Shown: positions 53,897-63,921 of the stretch, piece after piece
Position numbering within the stretch: the first letter of the stretch is position 1
Layout of the letters: every line of letters begins with the position of its first letter
Assembly: GCA_965249485.1 (NCBI GenBank)
Contig: OZ252239.1
Location: forward strand, 3,136,001 to 3,200,000
DNA: 64,000 nucleotides
Direction: 5' to 3'
Origin: a bacterium
Lineage (GTDB): Bacteria > SM23-31
Notes under the pieces: generated by a model
What the model was told of the DNA's origin: nothing
Databases searched by the model: none
Seen by the model: only the letters and a program-made list of their open reading frames with translations
Translations under genes and position numbers: made by a program

Positions 53897-56725
53897 TTAT
53901 TTAACAAGAAGCATCTTCTTAATTGCAGAGAATTCTCTAGACTGCAGTCGATAAAAGTAGATCCCTGAAGCAAGCTGGGTTCCGTTTTCGCTCCTGCCAT
54001 CGAATGCAACTGAATGAGCACCGGACATATGTTCTTCGTTTGAGAGTAGTGTTCTCACTTCCTGACCAAGCGCATTATAAATTATCAGCGTTACCGGTGC
54101 CGCAGCCGGGAGAATGAAGCGAATTGTAGTTTCAGGATTAAATGGATTCGGATAATTTTGCTGAAGATCAAACTGCGAAGGAACCGCAATGTTAGTACCG
54201 TCAATTGAGGTTATAACCGAACTTTTATATACACCCCCGCCGTGGGTCGCTACTACAACAGTCCCGTCAGAATCCCGGCCTGTTACCATGTTCACAACTA
54301 CATTACCGATTGTTGAAGGGCCTTCCTGCACCCAGATGGTGCTATTGCCATTCAATTCGGTTGTAGAATACAATCCGGTACTCGTTGCTGCAAAAAAGAC
54401 AGGGCCGTGCACAGAGTTACTATGATGGATATATGCCCACCTAACTGAAGGGCCGTTCCCACTTCCAGAATTATTCTCTTCAAGATTACCGCTCACATCT
54501 TCTCCCCAGGAAGTGCCTGCATCATCAGAATAAAAAATGCTTTCAACCTGATAGTTGGAAAAAACAACCATTAGTTCATCTCCATCATTTGGATCAATGG
54601 CTATGCAGCTTATATAACCGTTATTGGGAAATCCAAAATCACTAATATCTACAGGAACCGGATCTCCTAATTGTGCATTCTCTATCATGTAAATATGACC
54701 TTTATCAGTACCATAATATAATCTGTTTGCGGGTGTTTCCGTCATAGACAGTGCAGTAATATTTTCACCATTAATCCGTGCATTGGTCATTTCTGTCCAG
54801 TTTACATTCGTTGATTGATTATTTCCTGTAGGAATACCAAGTAAATTACTATTTCGCCAGAGTTCCTCTCCACGGGGCAAAAACATCATCGTATTATCAT
54901 TCGAATTCAAAACAAAAGGTGCAATAAAAAGAAATGTTTCAGCAACGTCCCCTATGTCAATTCTAGTATTAGCAGTAATATTACCCCCCAATGTATTAAG
55001 TTCTACTCTGAAGATCTGACCATTTTGAGCCGATACATAGTAGTGATCACCGTCATTTGAAATGGCACTGAAACTCCCGTCACCTCCGAACACTTCTATC
55101 CAGAAATCGAAAGAGCTAGTTGAATTAAAAAAATAAGTGCCATTATCCTGCATTCCCCCAACAATCACATTAGTAAAGTTGTTATTTGCTGTACGATTTA
55201 TCGCAACGGTGTAAAACTGTGTTGTGTAATACCCTGTATTCAACGATACCCACGACACTGTCGATGCAAGATTATTTGCAGTCCAGCTGACTCCTCCATC
55301 CGTACCGGTATACATTATTGAAGGATTTGAAGGTGAGAAAATTACTTCATGAATATCGGGGTGGTGATTCATCAGTATTGTAAAGTCATTTTTGAAGGGA
55401 TCATAACCACCAATCCATGTGGTTATTGTATCTGTTTCGAATCCGTCCGTGGAACGGTACAGGTTTGTACCGCCGACAAAAATAACATCTGGATTGTCAG
55501 GTTTTACTTTCACAACAAGATCATAAGAATTCTGAGATTCAAAATTTCCGGCTGCACCGCCGAATTCTGGCAGGTTTACCGAACGGTTATTCCATATGCC
55601 ACCAACATCCGTACCATCACCGGATAGGTAGGTATATTTCCATAAACTGTGATCCAGCTTTCCCGAGCCTGGCGTTTCTCCAAGAAAATAAATTGTATTT
55701 TGATTCGAAGGAGCTATACCAATAACAATCCGGCGATAAACAGCGGGAAAACCGACAGAAGTTATATTTGTCCATGATTCACCATCAACCGAACGCCAGA
55801 TTCCTCCATCATCGCCATTGCTGCTTAATGTTGCATAAACTACACCGTCCAAGGTGATTGCGACATCGGTATATTCAGATACGAACGGCTGATTGCCTCC
55901 ACTCCGTTTTGTTTCCCAAGTCACACCACCATCACTGCTCTTCCGAATGGAATTATAAGCCGCAGCATAAACAACATCTTCTAAAACACTTCGTGACGAA
56001 TCGACAACAATTCTCCAGATAAAGTCGAATTCAGAATCAAATTTGTGCGGCGTACCGGAAGCCGTTGAATTAAGCTGACTCCATGCCATTCCCCCGTCCT
56101 CTGACTTAAAAATACCGTTACCAAGAAATCCACCACCACTGAAATCAGATGCTGAATTCCCTGACCATTCTCCCGTTCCAAAATACCAGATATTGGTCTT
56201 ACCAGGACGTGGATCCTGCGCAATCGTTGTCACACTATGGAGATCAGCAGGATGGGTAGTTTTCTCCCACGTAGAAGTATTTGCCGTGTACCTCCAAACT
56301 CCTCCCGACACACCACCGGCAAGAAGCGTTCCACCGGAGGGATCGGATACGTCAAACGCCAATGCCCGCGTTCTGCCGCCGATATTATACGGCCCGACAC
56401 GCTCCCACTCATACACCTTTGATGAAAACAGATTGGCACTTTTATTGAGCCCGAGTCGGATCGCGCTCTCTTTGGTCGGAATCGTTTTTGCAAACGCGAG
56501 TTCCTTCCTCCGAATATTTCGTGGGATTTCTCCCGTCTCAGGTGAACGGAGACGGTTCTGCTCATACCGTGCTCTCGCGTTCGGATCCTCTTTGGTACCG
56601 ATAGCCGACGGTACCTTTATCTGCTCATCCCCCTGAACATCTCTCGAAATAAAACTCCATACACCTAAAACGCAGATAGCACTTACCGCTAGGAAGAACA
56701 CTACCTTTTTTAAATCTATTAACAT
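53897..56725 (-). CDS. Large secreted BNR beta-propeller protein with FlgD/T9SS type A-like C-terminal domain
   Basis: N-terminal hydrophobic segment, GP.NIGGRTRA, Asp-boxes, GGMQDNGT and C-terminal LQQNYPNPFNPETTIRF...SGIYFYRL...KKMLLVK. Confidence 0.9.
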   Translation of the reverse strand: MLIDLKKVVFFLAVSAICVLGVWSFISRDVQGDEQIKVPSAIGTKEDPNARARYEQNRLRSPETGEIPRNIRRKELAFAKTIPTKESAIRLGLNKSANLFSSKVYEWERVGPYNIGGRTRALAFDVSDPSGGTLLAGGVSGGVWRYTANTSTWEKTTHPADLHSVTTIAQDPRPGKTNIWYFGTGEWSGNSASDFSGGGFLGNGIFKSEDGGMAWSQLNSTASGTPHKFDSEFDFIWRIVVDSSRSVLEDVVYAAAYNSIRKSSDGGVTWETKRSGGNQPFVSEYTDVAITLDGVVYATLSSNGDDGGIWRSVDGESWTNITSVGFPAVYRRIVIGIAPSNQNTIYFLGETPGSGKLDHSLWKYTYLSGDGTDVGGIWNNRSVNLPEFGGAAGNFESQNSYDLVVKVKPDNPDVIFVGGTNLYRSTDGFETDTITTWIGGYDPFKNDFTILMNHHPDIHEVIFSPSNPSIMYTGTDGGVSWTANNLASTVSWVSLNTGYYTTQFYTVAINRTANNNFTNVIVGGMQDNGTYFFNSTSSFDFWIEVFGGDGSFSAISNDGDHYYVSAQNGQIFRVELNTLGGNITANTRIDIGDVAETFLFIAPFVLNSNDNTMMFLPRGEELWRNSNLLGIPTGNNQSTNVNWTEMTNARINGENITALSMTETPANRLYYGTDKGHIYMIENAQLGDPVPVDISDFGFPNNGYISCIAIDPNDGDELMVVFSNYQVESIFYSDDAGTSWGEDVSGNLEENNSGSGNGPSVRWAYIHHSNSVHGPVFFAATSTGLYSTTELNGNSTIWVQEGPSTIGNVVVNMVTGRDSDGTVVVATHGGGVYKSSVITSIDGTNIAVPSQFDLQQNYPNPFNPETTIRFILPAAAPVTLIIYNALGQEVRTLLSNEEHMSGAHSVAFDGRSENGTQLASGIYFYRLQSREFSAIKKMLLVK

Positions 56726-56892
56726 TACAGCGCCCTTATTTTCATTATCGTTATTTCTCTAACTCTTCTTCATACCAACGAACAACAACATTATTCCGTT
56801 TGAAGTTCTGAAGTAATTATTATTCTTAATGATATTTTATTCTCCGGGTCTGATGATTAACACGTGCGCAAGCGAGCGATGCAAGTTAGGTA

Positions 56893-57408
56893 TTATTGTA
56901 TTTCGTAGCCGTAAATTATATACAAAACTTTCTCCCCACTCTCCGGCTGAAATGCCAGACGGGATTCAACATCTGCAAGAAACCTTGATCCGACTGATAG
57001 ACCCGGATAGTCCTTTTCTAATGTGGGAAATAACATGTGTGTAGGCATGAGGGTGAATGGGAAAAAAACCGAAATTTCCGATCCTGTGGCGAGCGGTCTG
57101 CCAAACGCAGATCCATATCCCAAAACCGATTCAATTCTGATTATTGCCTGGCATGGCGCCTGTGAACATGGCTTTGAAAGATTCGATGTTTCTGCAATAT
57201 CATCTATATTTGCAACAACTCCTATAATCCTGCTGTGATTAGGAGGAACAGGTGCCGTGGTATTACCAGGAAAACCACGGGATGCTGATTCAGACGCAGA
57301 ACCTGTCTGCTCTGCTTCTGAAGTACGATCACTCTTTGAGCTACACCCGCTGAACACAGTAATAAGAACAGTAGTAATAATGATTCTCATGCAAAGATGG
57401 CTTTGCAT
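56893..57408 (-). CDS. Putative lipoprotein
   Basis: Lipobox-like FSGC after a hydrophobic stretch, then a Ser/Glu linker. Confidence 0.75.
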   Translation of the reverse strand: MQSHLCMRIIITTVLITVFSGCSSKSDRTSEAEQTGSASESASRGFPGNTTAPVPPNHSRIIGVVANIDDIAETSNLSKPCSQAPCQAIIRIESVLGYGSAFGRPLATGSEISVFFPFTLMPTHMLFPTLEKDYPGLSVGSRFLADVESRLAFQPESGEKVLYIIYGYEIQ

Positions 57409-57603
57409 ATAAACGCTCCATGAGATTATTTGGTACGGATTTAATAGTGTAAGGTAGGTAAAAACCCGTGAAATGTCAACATAGAATCAAAGCAGAAATT
57501 GGCAGTATTGATATCGATTATACCAATGTTGTGAGCTAAAAGAAGTCCATCGACATGATTACTGCTTTCGTTCTATATGTACTCGTTCAAGTAATGATTC
57601 ATA

Positions 57604-58956
57604 TTACTTATGAGTATATCCCACTTTTTCCTGAAGTGACTTCACCGTCTCCTGATATTGCTCATCCTGATCCATAAGTAAATTTACCGTGTTGATTGCA
57701 TGCAGGACGGTAGTGTGGTCACGCCCGCCAAAGTGGAGACCGATTGTTTTAAGGGAATTGTTGGTCAGTTGTTTTGCAAGATACATGGCAATCTGCCGGG
57801 GAATCACTACTTCTTGCTTTCTCGTTTTATCACGAAGGAGGTCAGTGTTAATTCTGAAATGATCAGCAACTAAACGCTGAATCTCTTCAATTGAAACTGG
57901 TTTCATCTCATAAAATTTTAGATCTTTTAATACAGATTTTGTCAGAGCTACATCAATATCAGTATTGAGAATAATCGATTGAGCCATGAGTCTGTTTAAT
58001 GCACCGTTGAGATCTCGAATATTTTTCGTAATGTGGGACGCGATGAGATATGCCACTTCATAATCCAGTTCAATTCCGTCATCTGCGGCTTTCCGTTGGA
58101 GTATTGCTACTCGTGTTTCAAGCTCAGGTGGTTTTATATCAACAACAAGTCCGTTCTGAAACCTTGAAGAAAGACGCTCGTGTATATCGAGAGCGGAAAA
58201 CTCCCGTGGCGGTCTATCAGAGGTCAGAATTATCTGTTTGCCGCGTAAATGAAGCGTATTAAAGGTATGGAAAAATTGTTCCTGTGTCGATTCTTTACCA
58301 ATAAAAAACTCTATATCGTCAACAATCAGCAAATCAATTTTATCAAAATAATCACAGAACTGCTTTGTTTTCTTATCCTGGATCGAATTAATGAAATCGA
58401 GTGTGAATTTTTTTGATGAGACATAGACCGCTTCTTTTACCCGTCTATGCTGAAGTGAATGTATTCCAATTGCCTGAGCTAAATGGGTTTTGCCCAATCC
58501 GACACCACCCCAGAGCAAAAGTGGGTTAAATTTTGTTTTTCCCGGCTTGTCTGCTACAGCCATTGCAACAGCTCTTCCAAACTGATTACACGAACCTTCC
58601 ACAAACGTATCAAATGTAAAATCAGAATTAAATCGAGCCAATTGTTCTTTAAAGTAACCCTTTGTTTCTGGGATGATACTGGTTTTCGATTTTTTCTCAC
58701 CGTTTTTTTTATTAACAATGTATTCAATGCTTGCATCTTCATCCAAAACTTCGCCAAGAGCAGAATAAATCAGGCCATGATAATGCTCTTCTAACCATTC
58801 TGAGAAAAATTTACTCGGAATTCCTACTTTTAATTTTTTATCTTTTAGTTGAACAGGTCTTAGCGGTACAAACCATGTTGAGAACTTTTGATCTTGTATT
58901 TGGGGCTTGATAATTGACAACACGTCGTCCCATACATGGACATGAGAGTTATTCAT
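57604..58956 (-). CDS. dnaA: Chromosomal replication initiator DnaA
   Basis: FNPL..WGGVGLGKTHL, QEQFFHTFN, RL.SRF and domain IV PRQIAMYL/FGGRDHTTVLHA motifs. Confidence 0.97.
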   Translation of the reverse strand: MNNSHVHVWDDVLSIIKPQIQDQKFSTWFVPLRPVQLKDKKLKVGIPSKFFSEWLEEHYHGLIYSALGEVLDEDASIEYIVNKKNGEKKSKTSIIPETKGYFKEQLARFNSDFTFDTFVEGSCNQFGRAVAMAVADKPGKTKFNPLLLWGGVGLGKTHLAQAIGIHSLQHRRVKEAVYVSSKKFTLDFINSIQDKKTKQFCDYFDKIDLLIVDDIEFFIGKESTQEQFFHTFNTLHLRGKQIILTSDRPPREFSALDIHERLSSRFQNGLVVDIKPPELETRVAILQRKAADDGIELDYEVAYLIASHITKNIRDLNGALNRLMAQSIILNTDIDVALTKSVLKDLKFYEMKPVSIEEIQRLVADHFRINTDLLRDKTRKQEVVIPRQIAMYLAKQLTNNSLKTIGLHFGGRDHTTVLHAINTVNLLMDQDEQYQETVKSLQEKVGYTHK

Positions 58957-58989
58957 TGTTGCTCCATCCCTTAAGTTATTGCAAAGCAA

Positions 58990-59590
58990 GCATTAAAATG
59001 TGGTTTATCAACATATACTTCAACGATCGGGAAAGCTATTCAAAAATCAGAACAAGTATTAGTTATCCACATTGACGAAAAGCTTACCAAAGTTTTACAA
59101 GGTGTTGTAATTAAATAATTTAGGTAGAACCGATGCGTGTGTTCTAATGTCGAGGAGTTGGGCTAACTTTAATATTTACAGCAGATAGATTTGTTATGAA
59201 TTGAACTTATCAACATGTTTTCCACTGCCCATTATCTCCTGTTGAATGTGCCAGTAAAATAGGATTAAGCTCGTTAATGTCAAGTGAAATATAGGCAATT
59301 ATTTAACATTTTTTTAACAAATTTTCACTAAATTCTAATAGCCTATTTCATTCATGAGAAGTTAGACATTTTTATTCGATAGCAGATTTAATGAATCCTT
59401 CAAACCTGTTTGATAGTACCGGGTTATACGGATTATTTATCGATTCGGTTGTGTGTCATTAATTTAACAGTTATTTATTCAGAACTTTTTACCTGAATAT
59501 TATTATCTGTTATACTTTGCATGAATTTCCAAAAGACAATAACACAAACTACCTTATATAAGACAACTTTGTGTATAGAGAGAGTCCATT
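58990..59590. promoter_or_regulatory. dnaA regulatory region / candidate oriC
   Basis: Perfect DnaA box TTATCCACA at 59063-59071. Near matches TTATCAACA at 59005 and 59207, TTTTCCACT at 59218, and reverse CTATACACA at 59570. AT-rich gene-free 600 nt; TTGACA (minus) at 59278-59283. Confidence 0.6.
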
Positions 59591-60790
59591 ATGACAAACC
59601 GATTGTATTATTGCGATTCTTATACAACAGAATTTGATTCCCGGATAATTGATATTCGACAAGAAAAAAACAGGACAGGAGTTATACTTGAGCAGACGCT
59701 TTTTTATCCTACTTCCGGTGGGCAATTACATGATTCAGGTACGCTGAATAGCAGCATTGTAACTGATGTTGTAGAAAGCAATGATGAGATTGTCCACTAT
59801 ATCGAAAGTAAACATATTGAAAATGAAGTACACGGCTCCATAGATTGGGATCGCCGATTCCACTTCATGCAACAGCACACTGGGCAGCATATTCTTTCTG
59901 CAGTACTGTTGGACAATTGGAATGCAGAAACAGTTTCAGCATCATTAGGACTTCATCACTCTACAATAGAAATCAAACAAGATGAAATATTACCAAGTGT
60001 AATTCGCAATGCTGAACACACTGCCAATGAATGGATACTAAAGAATGTTCCCATTTCCGTTTTGTTTCCTACTGGAAAAGAGCTAACTAAGCTGCCTCTC
60101 AGAAAAAAACCTCCGGAAGGAAAAAAAGTCAGGATTGTCCATATCGATGGTCTTGATTATATTCCCTGTGGGGGAACACACTGCTCACGTACAGGAGAAG
60201 TCGGCATCATAAAAATTACCGGAAGTGAAAAAAATCGCGGCAATATCAGATTGATATTTCACTGTGGGAAAAATGCACTTAACGATTATGACTGCAAGAA
60301 TTCGCTATTGCAATCATTGACCATGACATTATCGTCAGACGAGAATACAATAGTACAAAAAGCAACCAAACTGATAGATGAAAACAAATCGCTTTCCAAA
60401 GCGCTCGCCGGAATGAAACAGGATATCATATCATATCAGGCTCGTGATCTGTATCAACATGGTAAAACATTTGGTAATAGTATGCTTGTCACTCATATAT
60501 TTGAATCGAGTACTACAGCTGAATTACAACTTCTCTCTCAGGAGCTTCGCAAATGTGGTTCCTGTATTTCACTTCTCGCATATTCCGGAAGTAAGAAAGG
60601 TTTTGTATTTTCCTGCTCAGAAGATGTATTGCTTGATTTCACTCTGCTTCTTGAGGATGTTAAGAAAGAATATCCGGTAAAGGGCGGTGGTGGCACAACG
60701 ATGATACAGGGAAGTATACCTGATGCAATTAATATTCAAGATTTTCTGAATATGGTAATTAATCTCATTCAAAGTGCTATTACACAGTAA
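59591..60790 (+). CDS. Alanyl-tRNA editing protein AlaX-like with DHHA1 domain
   Basis: LYY.DSY, T.FYP.SGGQ..D.G, MQQHTGQH, PCGGTH and KGGG motifs. Confidence 0.93.
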   Translation: MTNRLYYCDSYTTEFDSRIIDIRQEKNRTGVILEQTLFYPTSGGQLHDSGTLNSSIVTDVVESNDEIVHYIESKHIENEVHGSIDWDRRFHFMQQHTGQHILSAVLLDNWNAETVSASLGLHHSTIEIKQDEILPSVIRNAEHTANEWILKNVPISVLFPTGKELTKLPLRKKPPEGKKVRIVHIDGLDYIPCGGTHCSRTGEVGIIKITGSEKNRGNIRLIFHCGKNALNDYDCKNSLLQSLTMTLSSDENTIVQKATKLIDENKSLSKALAGMKQDIISYQARDLYQHGKTFGNSMLVTHIFESSTTAELQLLSQELRKCGSCISLLAYSGSKKGFVFSCSEDVLLDFTLLLEDVKKEYPVKGGGGTTMIQGSIPDAINIQDFLNMVINLIQSAITQ

Positions 60791-60896
60791 TACCTTTTTG
60801 TATTTCATGATTTTATTAAATTAATAGCCGATAATACTGATAGTAATTCACTGATTTGCAATCAATTATAATTAATACAGGGAATATACGGCTGCA

Positions 60897-61823
60897 ATGA
60901 AATGTCCAGGTTGTTATAAAGAAGTACCGGAAAATGTTGAACTATGTCCACATTGTGGCACTCCACGTGCCGTCAATACAGGTAAACCAAAGGAAGTAAA
61001 AAAGGAATATACCCATTACAAAATAATATTGATAAAACCAGGTGCACGAGAAGGTACGGTTTCGCTGATTGCTGAAATCACTGGTTTATCTGAAAAACAG
61101 GTTAAGCAAAACGTAATAAATACTCCCTGGACTCTTGTGTCGCGTCTGCCGCTTGACAAAGCTCAAGAAATAAAAGTGCTGCCCGAAACAAGCAGAGCGG
61201 TCGTCCGTCTTGAGGGAATGGACATCTGGGATGACGAAGATTCCGGAGACGGATTTGACGGTTCTGTTCAGTTAATTAAGCACGATCAAGGTCGAAAAAA
61301 ACCTAAAGTTACGTATCTTATTGTCGGTATTCTTATAGCATCAATTGTATTCCTCGTATATATTTTTACCACCATTACTCCCGGTGACAGACAAGAACTT
61401 CTCGGCGGACTTCAAAGTGATGTCCAAGATATTGAAGCCGACAATCCAATGTCTATGGAAGAACTTGAATCAGATGAAGACATTGCCGAAATCTTCGAGG
61501 AATTCGATGAGAATATACTTGCTCCAGAAGAAGTTGAATTAACAGTTATTGATTTGAGTGATCACGGCACAAATCCATATATTGCTGCAATCATCATCAG
61601 ATTTGAACTCACCTCGAAGGAGTGGGTGACTTTGGATATATATAACAAGGAATTCAATAAAATCACATCACTACTTTCATGAACTTTAGAACCAAACACC
61701 TACCGGGTTACCTGGAATGGATCAACTGACGCTGCTTTTAATGTAGTGCCAGGTATCTATATCGCTGTATTGGCAACTCCTATGAGAACATCTTATCACA
61801 AAATTGTATGGTTATTCGAGTAG
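60897..61823 (+). CDS. Zn-ribbon + L7/L12-CTD-like + TM + FlgD-like Ig protein, interrupted by in-frame TGA at 61680-61682
   Basis: CPGC/CPHC and a TM helix. The frame continues after TGA as TLEPNTYRVTWNG...PGIYI to TAG 61823. Confidence 0.7.
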
Positions 61824-61944
61824 TGTGAATAATTGCAAACACTGATTGAAAAAGTATCTTCATATTTCAAAATGATGGCAAGCGTCTTAAAGAGGTGTAG
61901 AATTCTGTCGATATTATTAATGGGTTTATTAACAGAGGATGGAG

Positions 61945-62103
61945 ATGGACACCCGTGATTTTGAAATAGCTAAAAATCACATGGACGAGATTTTGGAATA
62001 CAGGACAGTGTTAGCACATATTCTTAAAAGGAAAGTGACGATTAATCAAGCAATCACTGACTGGATTGAAAAAGGATATATCAATAAATACCGTTGGAAA
62101 TAG
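61945..62103 (+). CDS. Small hypothetical protein (52 aa), weakly DUF4032-C-like
   Basis: GAGG RBS; MDTRDFEIAKNHMDEILEYRTVLAHILKRKVTINQAITDWIEKGYINKYRWK*. Confidence 0.6.
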   Translation: MDTRDFEIAKNHMDEILEYRTVLAHILKRKVTINQAITDWIEKGYINKYRWK

Positions 62104-62138
62104 AAACCTCTTCGCACACTTCATTACAGCAAATCACA

Positions 62139-63086
62139 TTAGTCTGACAAAGCTTCTTTCACCGCTGCTGCAAGTATCGGAATCATAATTTCATGATGAC
62201 CGGTAATTTCATATCCTTTTCCTCCCGTTAATGTGGGTCTGGACACTACGTTCTCATGAGGCCTGTAATGTTGGATCATATCAATATTTACAGCAGTAAA
62301 TCCTTCGGCAGGATGTCCGAGATTACGGACTACCGTCAATGCCTTTAGAAAAACTTCAGGGAGAATTACAGCAGAACCTACATTAAGTACCACTCCTCCG
62401 CTGTCTAAATTGCATAAGGTATTCGACAATATTCTAAAATCGCGCATTGAAAGTTCACCAATAATCTTTCCATCCGATGAAGGATGCTGATGGGTAATTT
62501 CTGTGCCAATCCCCACAAATACGGTAATGGGAATCCCTTTTTTATATGCAGCTGCAAAAACACTCACATCTCCACTCGGTGTTGTTTCTTCGGAAAGTTT
62601 TTTGCCAATTGACTCGCCATACCCCAATCCTTCTTGCTGCCCGGCAAAAAGTGCAGCATTAATCATATAAGCGGTCTCGGCAGACATTCCGAATGTTCCG
62701 TCAACTAAATTTGCCGCAACATCCTCTGATGTATGACCGAAGCATGCAAGTTCCAGGTCGTGAATTACCACCGCACCATTTGTACAAACTGCTGTTATTA
62801 TTCCACGTTCTATTAAATCAATAATTACCGGTCCCAGTCCACACTTAATAACATGAGCACCCATCATCCAAATTACTTCTTTTTTGTCTTTGTATGCAGA
62901 AACAACCGCATCCACTACTGCTTTAAAATCCGACGATTTCAATAGAGGAGGCATGGAAACAAGGAAATCCTGAAATGATCCCCCGGTTTTGTACACTTGC
63001 GCAAGATCTTGAATCGTCACTTTACTCACACGGTCGTGAATCGAAATCGTTTTAATCCGGTTAAGATCAATCTCGTGATGTTTCAT
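62139..63086 (-). CDS. Deoxyhypusine synthase-like protein
   Basis: MGAHVIKCGL, NGA..IHD.E, G.TSEDV, GSAVILPEVFLKA and GHHEIM motifs. Confidence 0.75.
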   Translation of the reverse strand: MKHHEIDLNRIKTISIHDRVSKVTIQDLAQVYKTGGSFQDFLVSMPPLLKSSDFKAVVDAVVSAYKDKKEVIWMMGAHVIKCGLGPVIIDLIERGIITAVCTNGAVVIHDLELACFGHTSEDVAANLVDGTFGMSAETAYMINAALFAGQQEGLGYGESIGKKLSEETTPSGDVSVFAAAYKKGIPITVFVGIGTEITHQHPSSDGKIIGELSMRDFRILSNTLCNLDSGGVVLNVGSAVILPEVFLKALTVVRNLGHPAEGFTAVNIDMIQHYRPHENVVSRPTLTGGKGYEITGHHEIMIPILAAAVKEALSD

Positions 63087-63099
63087 ACTACTCCGCTTT

Positions 63100-63921
63100 T
63101 TATGGGAGAAATTCTGTCTCGATAGCAGTCAGTTTTGCAGCCACTTGGCCGAATATCACTTTACTTACCATTAATATCGGTATTTTTCGCTCATCATCAC
63201 TCAGGTATATATGAATTCTTCCTTGGTGTTTAAATAAGCCTTCTGTTTTCAGCTTCGGTTCAACAACAATACAGTTAAATTTGCCTGCCGGAACCCGGAT
63301 CTGCTTTTTTCCCTGTACTTTGACTTCAATATCGTAAACTTTATCGTTATCATAATGGGGAACTTCAATGATGTCACCAATCTTTAATTCCTGCGTACGG
63401 ACATAGAAAAATGCAGACAGAACATCCTGGCAATATGCCGGGATATCAACCGTATCATGTTGGCTAAATGCAGTATTGTTTTCCTGATCGAGTACAAATT
63501 TTCTTTCCTGACGCCACTTGCCTTCACTCAACTTTTTTTCAAATCCAAGCGAATATATCCCTAATGTATCGATATAAGAGATAATTTTATCGTCTACAGG
63601 ATAAATAGCTGAAATGAACCTGTTTGAGAGCACACGTGAACGGACTTCAAATGCTCCTCTGCCATTTCTCGTTACCACTTGCGGAATAGAAATTGTCGCC
63701 GTTCCGACCGTGCTTGGACCCCAATCGATGTCGAAGGTGAGTTTTTCACCGACAGAGAACGCGTTGTTAGAAATTACTCTTTGGTCCGCACTATTTTGGG
63801 ATGTACGGATTAATTCATTGTGCTTTCCTTCATCCGGATCGGAATGAATTTCGGATCTTAAAAAAAACACCCCCAGAAGAATCAGGAAACATGTATATGA
63901 TTTAGAAGTATGTAGAGCCAT
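63100..63921 (-). CDS. DUF3108-like exported protein
   Basis: GEKL.F.I.W, D.LSA.FY.R, VPAGKF.C..V.P and .SDD..KIP motifs. Confidence 0.8.
   Translation of the reverse strand: MALHTSKSYTCFLILLGVFFLRSEIHSDPDEGKHNELIRTSQNSADQRVISNNAFSVGEKLTFDIDWGPSTVGTATISIPQVVTRNGRGAFEVRSRVLSNRFISAIYPVDDKIISYIDTLGIYSLGFEKKLSEGKWRQERKFVLDQENNTAFSQHDTVDIPAYCQDVLSAFFYVRTQELKIGDIIEVPHYDNDKVYDIEVKVQGKKQIRVPAGKFNCIVVEPKLKTEGLFKHQGRIHIYLSDDERKIPILMVSKVIFGQVAAKLTAIETEFLP

Noticed and set aside
61680..61682. TGA as selenocysteine
   Set aside because: No Cys/redox motif context and no convincing downstream SECIS, unlike the site at 39412.
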